From Candidatus Latescibacterota bacterium (GTDB lineage Bacteria > Latescibacterota > UBA2968 > GCA-2709665): a stretch of DNA of 64,000 nucleotides. Position 1 is the first letter of the stretch. Each line of letters opens with the position of its first letter. Position numbers and translations under genes: made by a program. The stretch covers positions 608,001-672,000 of the forward strand of contig CBDDDZ010000002.1 in assembly GCA_965226795.1 (NCBI GenBank), read 5' to 3'. A model generated the notes under the pieces. It saw only the letters and a list, made by a program, of their open reading frames with translations, ran no database searches and was not told the origin of the DNA. Positions 29,953-39,907 of the stretch are shown piece by piece.

Positions 29953-30906
29953 ATGAAACGGATCTTGTGGATTGGAATCGTGGCGTGCGCGGGATACGCG
30001 ATGCTGTTTCCCGAGGGTGCCTACTGCGACACGCAGAAGCGGCTCGGTCAGGCCGTATTCTCCGTGCACAAGGTGGACCATGGGGCGCGTGTCGCGGGCA
30101 TGGGCGGGGCGTTTACGGCCATCGCCGACGACATCAGCACCATCTTTGTGAACCCGGCCGGACTCACCAATGTCGAAGAGATGGAATATACCCTTTCGTA
30201 CACCCGCTGGCTCGTCGATACCCGATTCTATTCGGGTGCGCTCGCCTACAATACGGCCCGCGGTGTGGTCGGGTTGTCCGTGATGGCGTTTTCGGTTCCG
30301 GACGTGGAGGAGACCACCATTTATCAACCGATCGGGACCGGCAGAATGCTGGAAATCGGTGATTTCAGCATCGGCGGTTCCTACGCGACGAAGTTGACCG
30401 ATAAGCTCTCGTTCGGATTTCAGGTGAGGTGGACGCAGGAAACCATCGACGTGGACAGGTTGACCGGTGTGGATGTCAATTTCGGCACCACGTTCAACAC
30501 CGGATTCAGAAGCCTTCGGCTCGGGATGGCGTTCAAGAACCTGGGCAAAGACATTAAGGCCCGTGAAATCAACTACCAGATGCCGGTTGCGTTCGACTTT
30601 GGGTTCGCGGTGGAAGTCTTCGGCGAAAAGGGCAGCGACGCCACCTATCTGACGCTTACGGGAGAGAGCCACTACGCGACGGATTACTCCGAGCCGCGGT
30701 ATCGTTTGGGCGGCGAACTCTGGCTACAGAACGCATTCGCATTGCGCGCCGGTGTGAAACCCGGATACGATACAGAGGTGTACAGTTTGGGTCTGGGGTT
30801 GAAGGTCAAGCCCATCGAGGGCAAGGTCGTCCGCGTCGATTTCGCGTACAGCGAGGGAAACGATTTCGATCCACCGCTTCGCTTCAGCGTGAGCGGATCG
30901 TTCTGA
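29953..30906 (+). CDS. PorV/PorQ family outer-membrane protein
   Basis: GARVAGMGGAFTAIADD..TIFVNPAGL, SYTRWLVD, DFAYS, C-terminal F. Confidence 0.88.
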   Translation: MKRILWIGIVACAGYAMLFPEGAYCDTQKRLGQAVFSVHKVDHGARVAGMGGAFTAIADDISTIFVNPAGLTNVEEMEYTLSYTRWLVDTRFYSGALAYNTARGVVGLSVMAFSVPDVEETTIYQPIGTGRMLEIGDFSIGGSYATKLTDKLSFGFQVRWTQETIDVDRLTGVDVNFGTTFNTGFRSLRLGMAFKNLGKDIKAREINYQMPVAFDFGFAVEVFGEKGSDATYLTLTGESHYATDYSEPRYRLGGELWLQNAFALRAGVKPGYDTEVYSLGLGLKVKPIEGKVVRVDFAYSEGNDFDPPLRFSVSGSF

Positions 30907-31024
30907 CCGCTCAAGTGTATGTGGTTTCACTTTCGGACAACGACCGTGAAGTAAATGGCGTACACTACGATATAGAGATTTCTCAGGGCCTCGAGGATCG
31001 GTTGTTGGTGCATTTACGCGACTT

Positions 31025-31054
31025 AAAATACCCCGGTATTGCCGGGGTATTTTT
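31025..31054. terminator. Bidirectional Rho-independent terminator
   Basis: AAAATACCCCGG-TATTG-CCGGGGTATTTTT between convergent units. Confidence 0.8.
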
Positions 31055-31407
31055 CTTCATTGAGCCGGGCCGGGTCGTTCATGCCGGCGCTTCCCCACCC
31101 ACTCGCATTATCCCTACCGCGCTCGCCATGACTGTCGCAAAATGCACCTAAACGTAGCAAGATGCGACACCTCCACTGTCGCGCTTTTTCGGCACTTCCT
31201 GTAAGTTGTTGAAATATGATGAAAAGATGTATTGACGAATATTTCGACCGTAGATGAAAGCAGTTCAGTGACTATCGATGATTCAGGATTTTTTCTGAAC
31301 AACCGTGCATCACATCCGTATGTCAGGCACGATTTACAGATCGACGTTCAGTCCGAGTGAATAGAACAACCCGCCCGTATCTAAACCGTTCAGAGTGATT
31401 AGGTCCG

Positions 31408-31641
31408 TTAACGCCGCCCTCTCATTCTGCGTCTCTGGTCTCTGATGAGTGTGACGACTTCACTCGTCGAGATGTCCGCCTCGATGGAGGGCACATCCAG
31501 AGGCGAGGCGGTGGGGCGTTCCGGCACCAGGGCATAAATCCTGCCGTCTTTTCTGCGTATAAGGACCTTCCCCGTTGACTCGGCTTTGTCAAGCACGCGC
31601 GAGAAATTCTGTCTGGCTTCCGAGTACGTATATACGTCCAT
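31408..31641 (-). CDS. Phd/YefM family antitoxin
   Basis: MDVYTYSEARQNFSRVLDKA...VLIRRKDG; starts 1 nt after the toxin stop, with a GGAGG RBS. Confidence 0.88.
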   Translation of the reverse strand: MDVYTYSEARQNFSRVLDKAESTGKVLIRRKDGRIYALVPERPTASPLDVPSIEADISTSEVVTLIRDQRRRMRGRR

Positions 31642-31642
31642 C

Positions 31643-32041
31643 TTACACCTCCAGACTAACAAGATTGACGCCCAGTGCGCCTGCGGCCCGGCTTAGTGTT
31701 CGATCCAGCGTCAATAAAGGCGCCGCATGCCGCAAGGCGCAGTCCAGGAAGTACGCATCGTATGCGTACGCGTTTACCTGGGCCGCGATGGACAGAACAT
31801 TCGCCATGTCGACGCTCACGTATTGCAGCGGGATGCTGTCGAGTATCTTCAGAGCCCGGTGTGCATCCGCGACACCGACGCAACGCTGCTTGATCATCGC
31901 CGAGAAAGCATTTCCAATTTCCCAGGGTATGGAGCCGGGGCCGATTAGTGTATGCCCCGATGTGGCCGCGACAATCGCGTCTCGTTCTGGTTCAGCTACG
32001 ATTACCGCGATGATCGCTGAAGTGTCAATCACAATATTCAC
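31643..32041 (-). CDS. vapC: VapC family PIN-domain toxin
   Basis: IVIDTSAIIA..E, WEIGNA, YAYDAYFL, LLTLDR.L. Confidence 0.9.
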   Translation of the reverse strand: MNIVIDTSAIIAVIVAEPERDAIVAATSGHTLIGPGSIPWEIGNAFSAMIKQRCVGVADAHRALKILDSIPLQYVSVDMANVLSIAAQVNAYAYDAYFLDCALRHAAPLLTLDRTLSRAAGALGVNLVSLEV

Positions 32042-32063
32042 TGTAGGCTCCTCTAGACAAAGT

Positions 32064-32093
32064 CAATTGTACAATTGTCAGAAGAAATGTCAA
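32064..32093 (-). promoter_or_regulatory. TA promoter with palindromic operator over the -10 box
   Basis: Minus strand TTGACA-16 nt-TACAAT; the perfect palindrome CAATTGTACAATTG (32064-32077) covers the -10 box. Confidence 0.7.
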
Positions 32094-32147
32094 GTGCTAT
32101 AATGAATCGTATTGATCCGGGCGATCAAGCGGTAGCAAAAACTTGAA

Positions 32148-32311
32148 AAGGTGGAGCAGACATTCTTGTCTGCTCCACCTTCACACACGCTTCCTCAACG
32201 GGTCGACAAGCCATTGTGCGGGGGTGGAAGATAATAATTCTCTGGTCGATTTGTCTTGTGGCACGAAATTCACATTTTTCCCGTGTGCCACAAATTGTCA
32301 GTTTGTGGCAC
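32148..32311. repeat. REP-like palindromes
   Basis: AAGGTGGAGCAGACA-TTCT-TGTCTGCTCCACCTT (32148-32181); GTGCCACAAA-N7-TTTGTGGCAC (32285-32311); extra half-site at 32256. Confidence 0.6.
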
Positions 32312-32577
32312 GTTTCGAAGACCGCGAGCGTGGAATTGGGCTTGACATTTGCCTTCCGCCGCGCAATATTGACGTCCCGGTTCTGCGAAACGTGAAAACG
32401 TAATGAGACGCGCCGTAATGGAATTTCGGTTGCCGATTCTTTGGAATTCGGTGGGTTTGGTTGATTCAGGCTTCTCGCGGGCTATGTAATGGCGGTGGGG
32501 CGCCGCTGTCGAATCGATACGGTGCCCGTACGCGTTCGATGTTCTTTATGGATTTTCATCGGATTTACGCCGTACGG

Positions 32578-32607
32578 ACGGCAGCCTTTTCGGGCTGCCG
32601 TTTCTTT
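32578..32607 (+). terminator. Rho-independent terminator in non-coding region
   Basis: ACGGCAGCC-TTTTCG-GGCTGCCGT-TTCTTT. Confidence 0.65.
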
Positions 32608-32852
32608 GACCGTTACCCGTCAGACCTGAGGTGAGTACCTTGAAGGCGATGCAATGTTGTGTCAACGCGGCTCAGGAGGAGCTTTGCATAGGGCGATCCT
32701 GTTTTGCCACAATGCGTTCAATGTGGCGGGAACGGCGCGGGATGTGACTTCGGCCTGGAGCGTCTCCAATGTGTCTGCGTCTCAACCCATTACCCGGCAT
32801 TCAGCCATTTGAAATAACTTATGTGGTATTGACGGATTGAGGAGGCGGCCCA

Positions 32853-33774
32853 ATGGCTAAAATGAGCGGCGGCGAAGCGTTCGTGAAATCTCTCGTGATG
32901 CAGGCCGCCGACGTGGTGATCGGAATCGGTGCACGCTTTTCACTGGGTAATCCGGCCGGCGAGTCATCCACACTGGTGAACATCAACATCGACGACACGG
33001 AACTCACCAGGGTCCAGTCCAACACCATCCCGCTGCATGGCGACGCCAGGGCGACCATCGAAGCGCTGCTTCCGTTCCTGTTGGCGTCGGGGGCGGGAGA
33101 GCGCCCGTCACCCGCCGAGGCGGTCGTAGCGGCCCGCAGCCTCATTGCCTACTACGACATCCGGCTCAAGGAGCCACAGTACGCGGTCCTGGAGGCGATG
33201 CAGACCGGCATCCCGGAGGACCGCTTACATCGTCTGGGACGTTACGCAATTCGGCTACTACGCCCGGACGCACTACCGGGTGAATCACCCGAAGACGTAC
33301 ATCGACTCCGGTTACTCGTTCAACCTCGGATACGCCTTCCCGACGGCTCTGGGCGTGAAGGTCGCAAAACCAGGCCGCCCCGTGTTCTGCATAGCCGGAG
33401 ACGGCGGCCTTATGTTCAATGCATCGGAACTCTCCACGGCTGTCCAGTACGGTATCAATCTGATAACCATTGTCTTCAGAGACGACGCCTACGGCAACGT
33501 TGCCCGCGACCTGGACGAGGCGTTTGGCGGCGCCTACGGGACCGACCTGCACAACCCGGACTTCGTCAAGTTCGCCGAGTCGTTCGGTGCAGTCGGTTTG
33601 AGGGCGGACAGCCCATTGGATCTGGAAACGCTGATTCCTCTTGCGCTGGAGCGCAAAGCGCCGGTGGTCATCGACGTACCCTTCGGGGACATGCCGATAC
33701 CGCGCGCTCCCCAGATTTCGTTTGTCTACAACCTGCCCTGGACACATCCCCAGGAAGGCCTGATACAATCGTGA
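32853..33774 (+). pseudogene. ThDP-dependent (acetolactate synthase-like) enzyme pseudogene
   Basis: MAKMSGGEAFVKSL joins directly to the central-domain ADVVIGIGARF, so the PYR domain is missing. A +1 frameshift at ~33221 precedes the C-terminal GDGG...DAYGN ThDP motif in frame 33145..33774. Confidence 0.85.
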
Positions 33775-33934
33775 CACGCCGGTTTCAGTCGTTAATCGGG
33801 CACCGCCACGTGGGGTGACGCGTATCCGGAGCAGAAGTGACCGTTGGTGGCAATCCGAGTTCGGCTTTTGTTCAACAAGGCCTCGGCGCGCGGTGGTCAA
33901 TGTCCCGTCGCCGGGAATCGGGAGGAGATTCGCA

Positions 33935-35038
33935 ATGGGCGATCCCGTGGTATTGCTCCGGGAAGGAGAGGTGAAATTCCATGTATTCCGGGGAAGCCTG
34001 GCCGAGGCAGGCCGGGCGCACGGTTCTCTCGACCCGGACTTTGTGCGCATGCGGCTCGACGAATGGCTGACGTGGCCTCACGATTTCGATCACCCGTATT
34101 TTCGAAAGAACATGGCGTTTATGCGGCGTGAGTTTCCCGACTTCATGGAACGGATGGAGGCCTATGGCGCGGCGGCCGGCATCGAGAATTTCGATCACAC
34201 CTACTATCTGCACATGGTCAACACAGGCCGCGAGGAAGAAGCGTGTTCCGCATTCGGAATCCTGCTTCAGGAGGACGGGCCCGCCCTGTTGAGGACGTAC
34301 GATCCTTCCGATTCCACCGGAAAGGACTACTTCCTGAAGGATCGCTTCGTGGCCGCGTTTCCCGATTGCAAACCGCACGGATACGTCGGTCAGGGCGGGC
34401 ATCATTTCTGTGTGGTTCACACGTCCGTCAACGACGCGGGACTGCTGACGGGCTGGGCGTCGGGGGCGCCGAAATTCCACTGGCCCGACAATCCGGAACA
34501 CGTCAACCTCTTTCAGTTAACGGGGCTTGTGCCCCAGCATTGCAAGGACTGCGAGGACGTCAGGCGGTTTCTCACGGAGTACCGGATTTCAGGCCTGAAA
34601 GGGCTTACCGGTACCGCTGTCGACGCCCGGGGGAATATCCTGGGTTTCGAACTGGAATCGGAAAATATTGCCTTCCGTGAACCACGCGACGGCATGGTGC
34701 TGGAGGTGAACCACTGGCAGCACCCGGATCTGCAGCGCCCCGCCCGCGAGAATCAACGCGATTATTGGGTAAGCCCCTATTTCTACAACTCCCAGAATCG
34801 TGTACAATACGTGGAATACTACCGGGATACGTTTAAAGGGATGCGGACGCTCGAGGAGCTTGTCGATTTTTCGTTCGACGTGCACGCTCCGGGGCGGATC
34901 CTGCAGATGCCGGGGGCCAATATTGCGAACTGGCTTACCTCGCACGCGATCTTTTTGACTTCCAGGGACCGGAGGATGCGCGTGCACCCGTATCCGTTGG
35001 AGAAAGAAAGGTACACCGAGGTTGCGTACGCCGGCTGA
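33935..35038 (+). CDS. C45 family Ntn-hydrolase (second paralog)
   Basis: GS..EAGRAHG, EACSAFG, VNDAGL, VNH, and YFYNSQNR, which parallels YFQNSLNR in 12021..13094. Confidence 0.75.
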   Translation: MGDPVVLLREGEVKFHVFRGSLAEAGRAHGSLDPDFVRMRLDEWLTWPHDFDHPYFRKNMAFMRREFPDFMERMEAYGAAAGIENFDHTYYLHMVNTGREEEACSAFGILLQEDGPALLRTYDPSDSTGKDYFLKDRFVAAFPDCKPHGYVGQGGHHFCVVHTSVNDAGLLTGWASGAPKFHWPDNPEHVNLFQLTGLVPQHCKDCEDVRRFLTEYRISGLKGLTGTAVDARGNILGFELESENIAFREPRDGMVLEVNHWQHPDLQRPARENQRDYWVSPYFYNSQNRVQYVEYYRDTFKGMRTLEELVDFSFDVHAPGRILQMPGANIANWLTSHAIFLTSRDRRMRVHPYPLEKERYTEVAYAG

Positions 35039-35135
35039 CCGTGGCCCAATTATCCGCCCACCGTGTGCGTTTCCGAGGCCGGGTCCCGGGGCGGCGCGTC
35101 CGGCGGATTGAAGGCTTCGAAAGGAGTGTTCCAGG

Positions 35136-37229
35136 ATGCGTGACATACGACGGCTGGCCCATTTGCATATCCCCGGGGATTGGGAACCGGAGGAGATCGT
35201 GCCGGAAGTCAGAAAACTGGGCTTCACCGACCTTTACTTTTTCGTGAATAAGGTGGAGTCCGGCGTCGATATCGGGGGACTCCGTCTATCGACGGCGATG
35301 GAAGTCGGGAGGCTGGCCGAGAAAGAGGGGATGGGCGTGCTGGTGAACACGGGGTACATGAAATATCACGAGCAGGTCGTGCTGGCCCACCCGGAGCGGC
35401 GGATGGTCCTTCGGGACGACGGAACCGTGGACCGGAACGGGGAGACCCGTCCGGGGCAGGCGCCCACGCCGTTGACCTCGGTTGAAGGACGCATCAGGAA
35501 TGTGAACTGGCTCTGTCCCTTCAACGAAGCCAATAAGCGGCAGTACAAGGACGAACTCCGACTGCTGGCGGGGATTCCGGCGCTCCGGTTCGTCTACCTG
35601 AACGATGAGGGCTTTCTGGGCGCGTACGGCGAGATGGCCTGCTACTGTGAATCCTGCCGGGGGCGCTTTGTGGAATACTTTGGCGAGGAGCCGCCGACCC
35701 GGATCGATTGGAAGGACCCGCTGTGGCGGAACTGGATCAAATGGCGCTTCGAGCAATGGACGGCGGTGCACGCGGATTTCCGGGAGGCGGTGCGGGCCGT
35801 GCGCCCCGAATTGGGTGTGGGAATGGCCACGGCGTGTACCGAGTTGATGGGGATCCGGCCGTGGGCATCCGCCGTGGATCTGGGGGCGATGAGCCGGGTC
35901 CTGGATTCGATGAACACGGGAATTTACCATGGCTCCACGCGCGGCACGCATCACTTCGCGCCCCGGTTTACGATCGTCCTGGACATGGCCTCGATCTTCA
36001 TCGGGGCGCTTCAGGGAAAGCCGTTGCGACTCGCGGTACAGGCATTCTGCCCCGGCACGTCGCTGGAGATGACGCGCAAGGACGGCCAGTGGATCGGTAT
36101 CCTGCCCTATGCGGTGGGCGCGGAGTATGTGAGTCCGTGGTGTTACGAGACGTTGAGGGCTTCGCCGGCGCAGTATGAGGGGTATATGGAGACGCTCCGG
36201 CTGGACCCCTATCTCAAGGAGACGGAGCCGGAATTCGCCTGCAGCCTGTTCCACTCCCTCCAGAGCGAGGTCTGGCGGTATCACGACGTGGACTACGACG
36301 CAATGGCGATTCATCCGTTCGCGCAGATGCTGCGGGACGAGGGGCTGCCGTATGCGTTTGTGTGGGACAGCCGTCTGGATGAAACGGATCTGACTCGGAA
36401 CGCGCCGCTTGTGATGCCCCACGTCTGCTGTCTTTCCGCGTCACAGAGAAGCCGGCTCACGTCATATATCGAGGACGGGGGAGCGATCCTGGCGATCGCG
36501 GATCTGGGCCTTCTCGACGGGGAAGGACGGACCGTCGCGGAGGGGTTGTCGTCGCGCTGGGGGGTGGCGCTTTCCGGGGACAGGCTGGAGGGCCAGTATC
36601 GCCTCTCGTTCACGGACGCCTGCCCGTTGCGAGAAAATATCGAGGCTCCGGTGGTGGTGGAGAATCCGTATGAAGTCGGTCACGTCGAAGGGGAGGTCTG
36701 GGCGACGCTCGTGGACGCCCAGGGGCGCGACACGGGCGCGCCGGGCCTGGTCTCCAGCCGCGTGGGCGAGGGCAGGTTTGTCTACCTGGCGGGCGATCCC
36801 GTGCTCCATCATCGCGAGCCCGGATATGAACCCCTGGTCAAGCTTCCAAACCATACGCGTCGCCTGGTCGGGAATGTGATCAGATTTCTGGCGTGCCGGC
36901 CGGCCGGGATCGAGGTGGAGGATTTTCCGCCGGTAACGGCGTATCAGCGCCTTCGGGCCTGGGACCGGCGGGGGATCAATACGTTTCAGTTTTTCCCCCA
37001 GGTCGGACCTCGTTACGCCATCGCGATTGTCGCGTCTTACGTCGGAGCAGAGGCAACCGTATCGATTCGATTCCGGATACCCGAGGGGAAGCGGCCTTTG
37101 CGAATCTTCAACGGTCTGACGGACGAATCCTGCATGGCGGACGCCTCGGTCGATTCGGAATCCATCCGATATCGTCTACGGATCACCCACGTCGACGGCG
37201 TCGTCCCGGTGGTGGTGGAATGGGCGTGA
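35136..37229 (+). CDS. GH42-like TIM-barrel protein with beta-galactosidase trimerization (GATase-like) domain
   Basis: WLCPFN, LNDE, CYCESC..RF, W..WI.WRF, LVMPHV.CLS..Q...L..YIE.GG, GEGRFVYL. Confidence 0.7.
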   Translation: MRDIRRLAHLHIPGDWEPEEIVPEVRKLGFTDLYFFVNKVESGVDIGGLRLSTAMEVGRLAEKEGMGVLVNTGYMKYHEQVVLAHPERRMVLRDDGTVDRNGETRPGQAPTPLTSVEGRIRNVNWLCPFNEANKRQYKDELRLLAGIPALRFVYLNDEGFLGAYGEMACYCESCRGRFVEYFGEEPPTRIDWKDPLWRNWIKWRFEQWTAVHADFREAVRAVRPELGVGMATACTELMGIRPWASAVDLGAMSRVLDSMNTGIYHGSTRGTHHFAPRFTIVLDMASIFIGALQGKPLRLAVQAFCPGTSLEMTRKDGQWIGILPYAVGAEYVSPWCYETLRASPAQYEGYMETLRLDPYLKETEPEFACSLFHSLQSEVWRYHDVDYDAMAIHPFAQMLRDEGLPYAFVWDSRLDETDLTRNAPLVMPHVCCLSASQRSRLTSYIEDGGAILAIADLGLLDGEGRTVAEGLSSRWGVALSGDRLEGQYRLSFTDACPLRENIEAPVVVENPYEVGHVEGEVWATLVDAQGRDTGAPGLVSSRVGEGRFVYLAGDPVLHHREPGYEPLVKLPNHTRRLVGNVIRFLACRPAGIEVEDFPPVTAYQRLRAWDRRGINTFQFFPQVGPRYAIAIVASYVGAEATVSIRFRIPEGKRPLRIFNGLTDESCMADASVDSESIRYRLRITHVDGVVPVVVEWA

Positions 37230-37261
37230 TGCGTTAACGTAGTGAAGGGACCGGATCAGGG

Positions 37262-39226
37262 ATGAACCGTGAACGCAGTCTCCATGCGCCCGACGAGGAT
37301 GCGCGGGACGGCCTGACCCCGCGAGCCTTTCTGATCGGCCTCGCCCTTTGCGGATTTCTGGGACTGGTGCTGCCGTACAACCGAATGGTGATCCAGGGAC
37401 GGTGGCTGAACGCGTATTTCATCGACCGCGGCGCGCTCGTACTCCTGTTCTTTCTTGTCCTGTTCGCCAATCCACTGCTCGCCGCGCTGAGGAAACGATT
37501 CGCCCTGAACCGGGGCGAACTGCTGGCCATTTACGTGATGTTCCTGTTTTTGTTGCCCGTCTCGCAAATGGTCAAACATCTGATCTCCTACCAGACCGGC
37601 GTCACCTACTACGCGACTCCCGAGCGGCGCGACCTGGAGGCCGTGTTGCCCAATATCGTCCCCTGGACGGCCCCGCGGGACGCCGAGGTCGTGCGGGGTC
37701 TCTACGAGGGGCTGCCCGACGGGGTACCGCCGCCCTGGGAGGCGTGGTTCGTTCCTCTTGTCAGCTGGGGCGCGTTCCTGCTGGTGCTCCTGGGGGTGTT
37801 GATCTGTCTGGCAGTCATTGTGCGGAAACAGTGGGAGGACCACGAACGTTTCGCCTTTCCGATCATGCAGGTACCCCTGGAGATGAGCGAGACCGGAAAT
37901 GGCAGGTTGGGACGGCTGTTCAGGAGCCGGTTGATGTGGGCGGGGTTCGCGATTCCGTTCGTGATCGGGTCGATCAACGCGCTGCACCACTACTTCCACA
38001 CCGTCCCCCGGATCGGCCTGGTTCACGATATCTGGATCTTCAACGGTACGACGCCCTTACGCCTCAGGCTCCACTTCGCTATCCTGGGGTACTCCTATTT
38101 CGTGAATACGGACGTGAGCCTGAGCATCTGGGTGTTCAACGTCATTTCCAAGATTGTCCGTGGCATACTGGCAGTCCTGGGAGCGGAACGCTACAATGTA
38201 TCGGGCGTGGTGGGGCGGTTCAGTTCTCAGGGACACGCGTCCCTGGCCCTGATGGGCATGGGGTACATGGTGATCCTGGCAGCGTACAGCCTGTGGGTGG
38301 GGCGCGAACACCTGCGCCAGGTCGCGGCGAAAGTACTGGGCAGGCCATCGGGGGCGGACGATTCGAACGAGGTCATGTCCTACCGGACCGCGGTGATCGG
38401 AATTGGAGGCGGAACGCTGTATCTTGGGTGCTGGCTGTATCAGGCCGGGATGTCTCCACCGGTGATTCTAGTGTTGTTCGCCTCCTGTTTCGTGGTGTTC
38501 CTGGTGATGGCGCGAATCGTGAGCGAGACCGGATTTGTGACCGCATACTCGCCCATCAATCCCGCCGAGTTTGCCGTCTGTATGGTCGGGTCTTCTGCTT
38601 TCAGCCCGGCTGGCCTCGTGACGCTGGGGTTCGGCTATGCCTGGACGATGACGCGGACGAGCACGCTGATGCCCCGTGCGGCGGGCGCGCTCTGGCTTGC
38701 CCGCCGGATCCCCCGTAAGCGTGGCCTGGTCTGGGCAATGGGTCTGGCCCTGGCGGTGGGCCTGATCACCGCGAGCACGATGACGCTCAAACTCGGCTAC
38801 GCCCATGGTGGGCTCAACCTGGACCGGCATTTTCTGGACTATGCTCGCCTCCCGTTCGATGCCTTTGTGGGCCGCCGCATGCTGGAGCCGAGTCCGATCT
38901 TCACCCGAGGGTTTCTGTACCTGGGCATGGGGGGCGCCATTGCGGCGCTTATTGCGGCGATGCGAGCCCGGTTTGTGTGGTGGCCGCTGCATCCCATTGC
39001 GCTTCCCGTCAGCACGATTGCGTATACGGATTACTTCTTTATCAATGTTCTTCTGGCCTGGGGTGTAAAGAGCCTGGTGTTGAAGTTCGGAGGCGCGAGG
39101 CTCTACCGGTCGACCCGGCCTTTCTTTATGGGGATCATCCTCGGGGAGGCCGTTTGCACGGGGCTGTGGATTGCCGTGGACTACTTTACGGGGACGGTCT
39201 CGAATATGTTCTTTCCCTATGCGTAA
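37262..39226 (+). CDS. DUF6785/DUF6784-like polytopic membrane protein (putative peptide/solute transporter)
   Basis: Many hydrophobic segments; ELL.IY.M, PW.AW..PL..W, RKQW...ER..FP, WWPLHPI, GG.RLY....PFF.G...GE. Confidence 0.75.
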   Translation: MNRERSLHAPDEDARDGLTPRAFLIGLALCGFLGLVLPYNRMVIQGRWLNAYFIDRGALVLLFFLVLFANPLLAALRKRFALNRGELLAIYVMFLFLLPVSQMVKHLISYQTGVTYYATPERRDLEAVLPNIVPWTAPRDAEVVRGLYEGLPDGVPPPWEAWFVPLVSWGAFLLVLLGVLICLAVIVRKQWEDHERFAFPIMQVPLEMSETGNGRLGRLFRSRLMWAGFAIPFVIGSINALHHYFHTVPRIGLVHDIWIFNGTTPLRLRLHFAILGYSYFVNTDVSLSIWVFNVISKIVRGILAVLGAERYNVSGVVGRFSSQGHASLALMGMGYMVILAAYSLWVGREHLRQVAAKVLGRPSGADDSNEVMSYRTAVIGIGGGTLYLGCWLYQAGMSPPVILVLFASCFVVFLVMARIVSETGFVTAYSPINPAEFAVCMVGSSAFSPAGLVTLGFGYAWTMTRTSTLMPRAAGALWLARRIPRKRGLVWAMGLALAVGLITASTMTLKLGYAHGGLNLDRHFLDYARLPFDAFVGRRMLEPSPIFTRGFLYLGMGGAIAALIAAMRARFVWWPLHPIALPVSTIAYTDYFFINVLLAWGVKSLVLKFGGARLYRSTRPFFMGIILGEAVCTGLWIAVDYFTGTVSNMFFPYA

Positions 39227-39269
39227 GGCCGGGACCAATGACGATAAACATCCCCCTCCCCCTAACGTC

Positions 39270-39835
39270 CCCTATTTCCTTGCCCTTTTTCTTGCATCGC
39301 CCAAGAAAAAGGGCGAAAAAGAAGGGCGCCGCTCAGACGCCGCGGGGCTGATTTTCCGCGAATCGCTTCAAAGGAACTAAAGTGTGGCGTTGCCCTGCGG
39401 CCATTGCGGTCGATGCCGTACCACGTTGCTGAACGGATTAGCGCGGAAAATCCTCCACAACACCACCGGCCGTGCATGAGGTGGGGGAGACCTAACCTCT
39501 AAACTCTTCCCAGGGGGAGGGGGAGAGGTCCGAGGACGGCTGATCGCTCCTCGTTCGCCGAATACCAATGTAAATACACTCGAATTGCCTCTCGAGAGGA
39601 ATACCAGAGCAGAGCGCGCTATTCCGTTCAGCAGCCAACTGCGGTATCCAACTTCCCTTGTAGGGCAGAAGCTTCAGTGCGTCCACAGTCGAGATTCGCG
39701 CTGTGCATATAGCAGGCCCCGCGCCCAGCGGCGACTTTTGGTTCCTTTTGGTCGCTTCAAAAGGAACCCGCCGGAGGCAGGGAATTTAGGGAGATGTGGA
39801 TTTTTGGTTTTCGGCTTTTGTTTCAAGCTGACTGC
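39270..39835 (+). repeat. Long composite non-coding repeat, copy 1
   Basis: Several blocks are reverse-complement matches to 59810-60640, e.g. GCCCAGCGGCGACTTTTGGTTCCTTTTGGTCGCTTCAAAAGGAAC. Confidence 0.85.
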
Positions 39836-39907
39836 CGCGAACAATAACCCCCATTGCCACCACCGGGCGCTTGCTCCAGCGACCGGATCACGAAACGGAG
39901 GGCAGAA

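Noticed and set aside
32256..32275. Sigma54 promoter (TGGCACG)
   Set aside because: No TTGC -12 element at the correct spacing; better explained as a palindromic repeat half-site.
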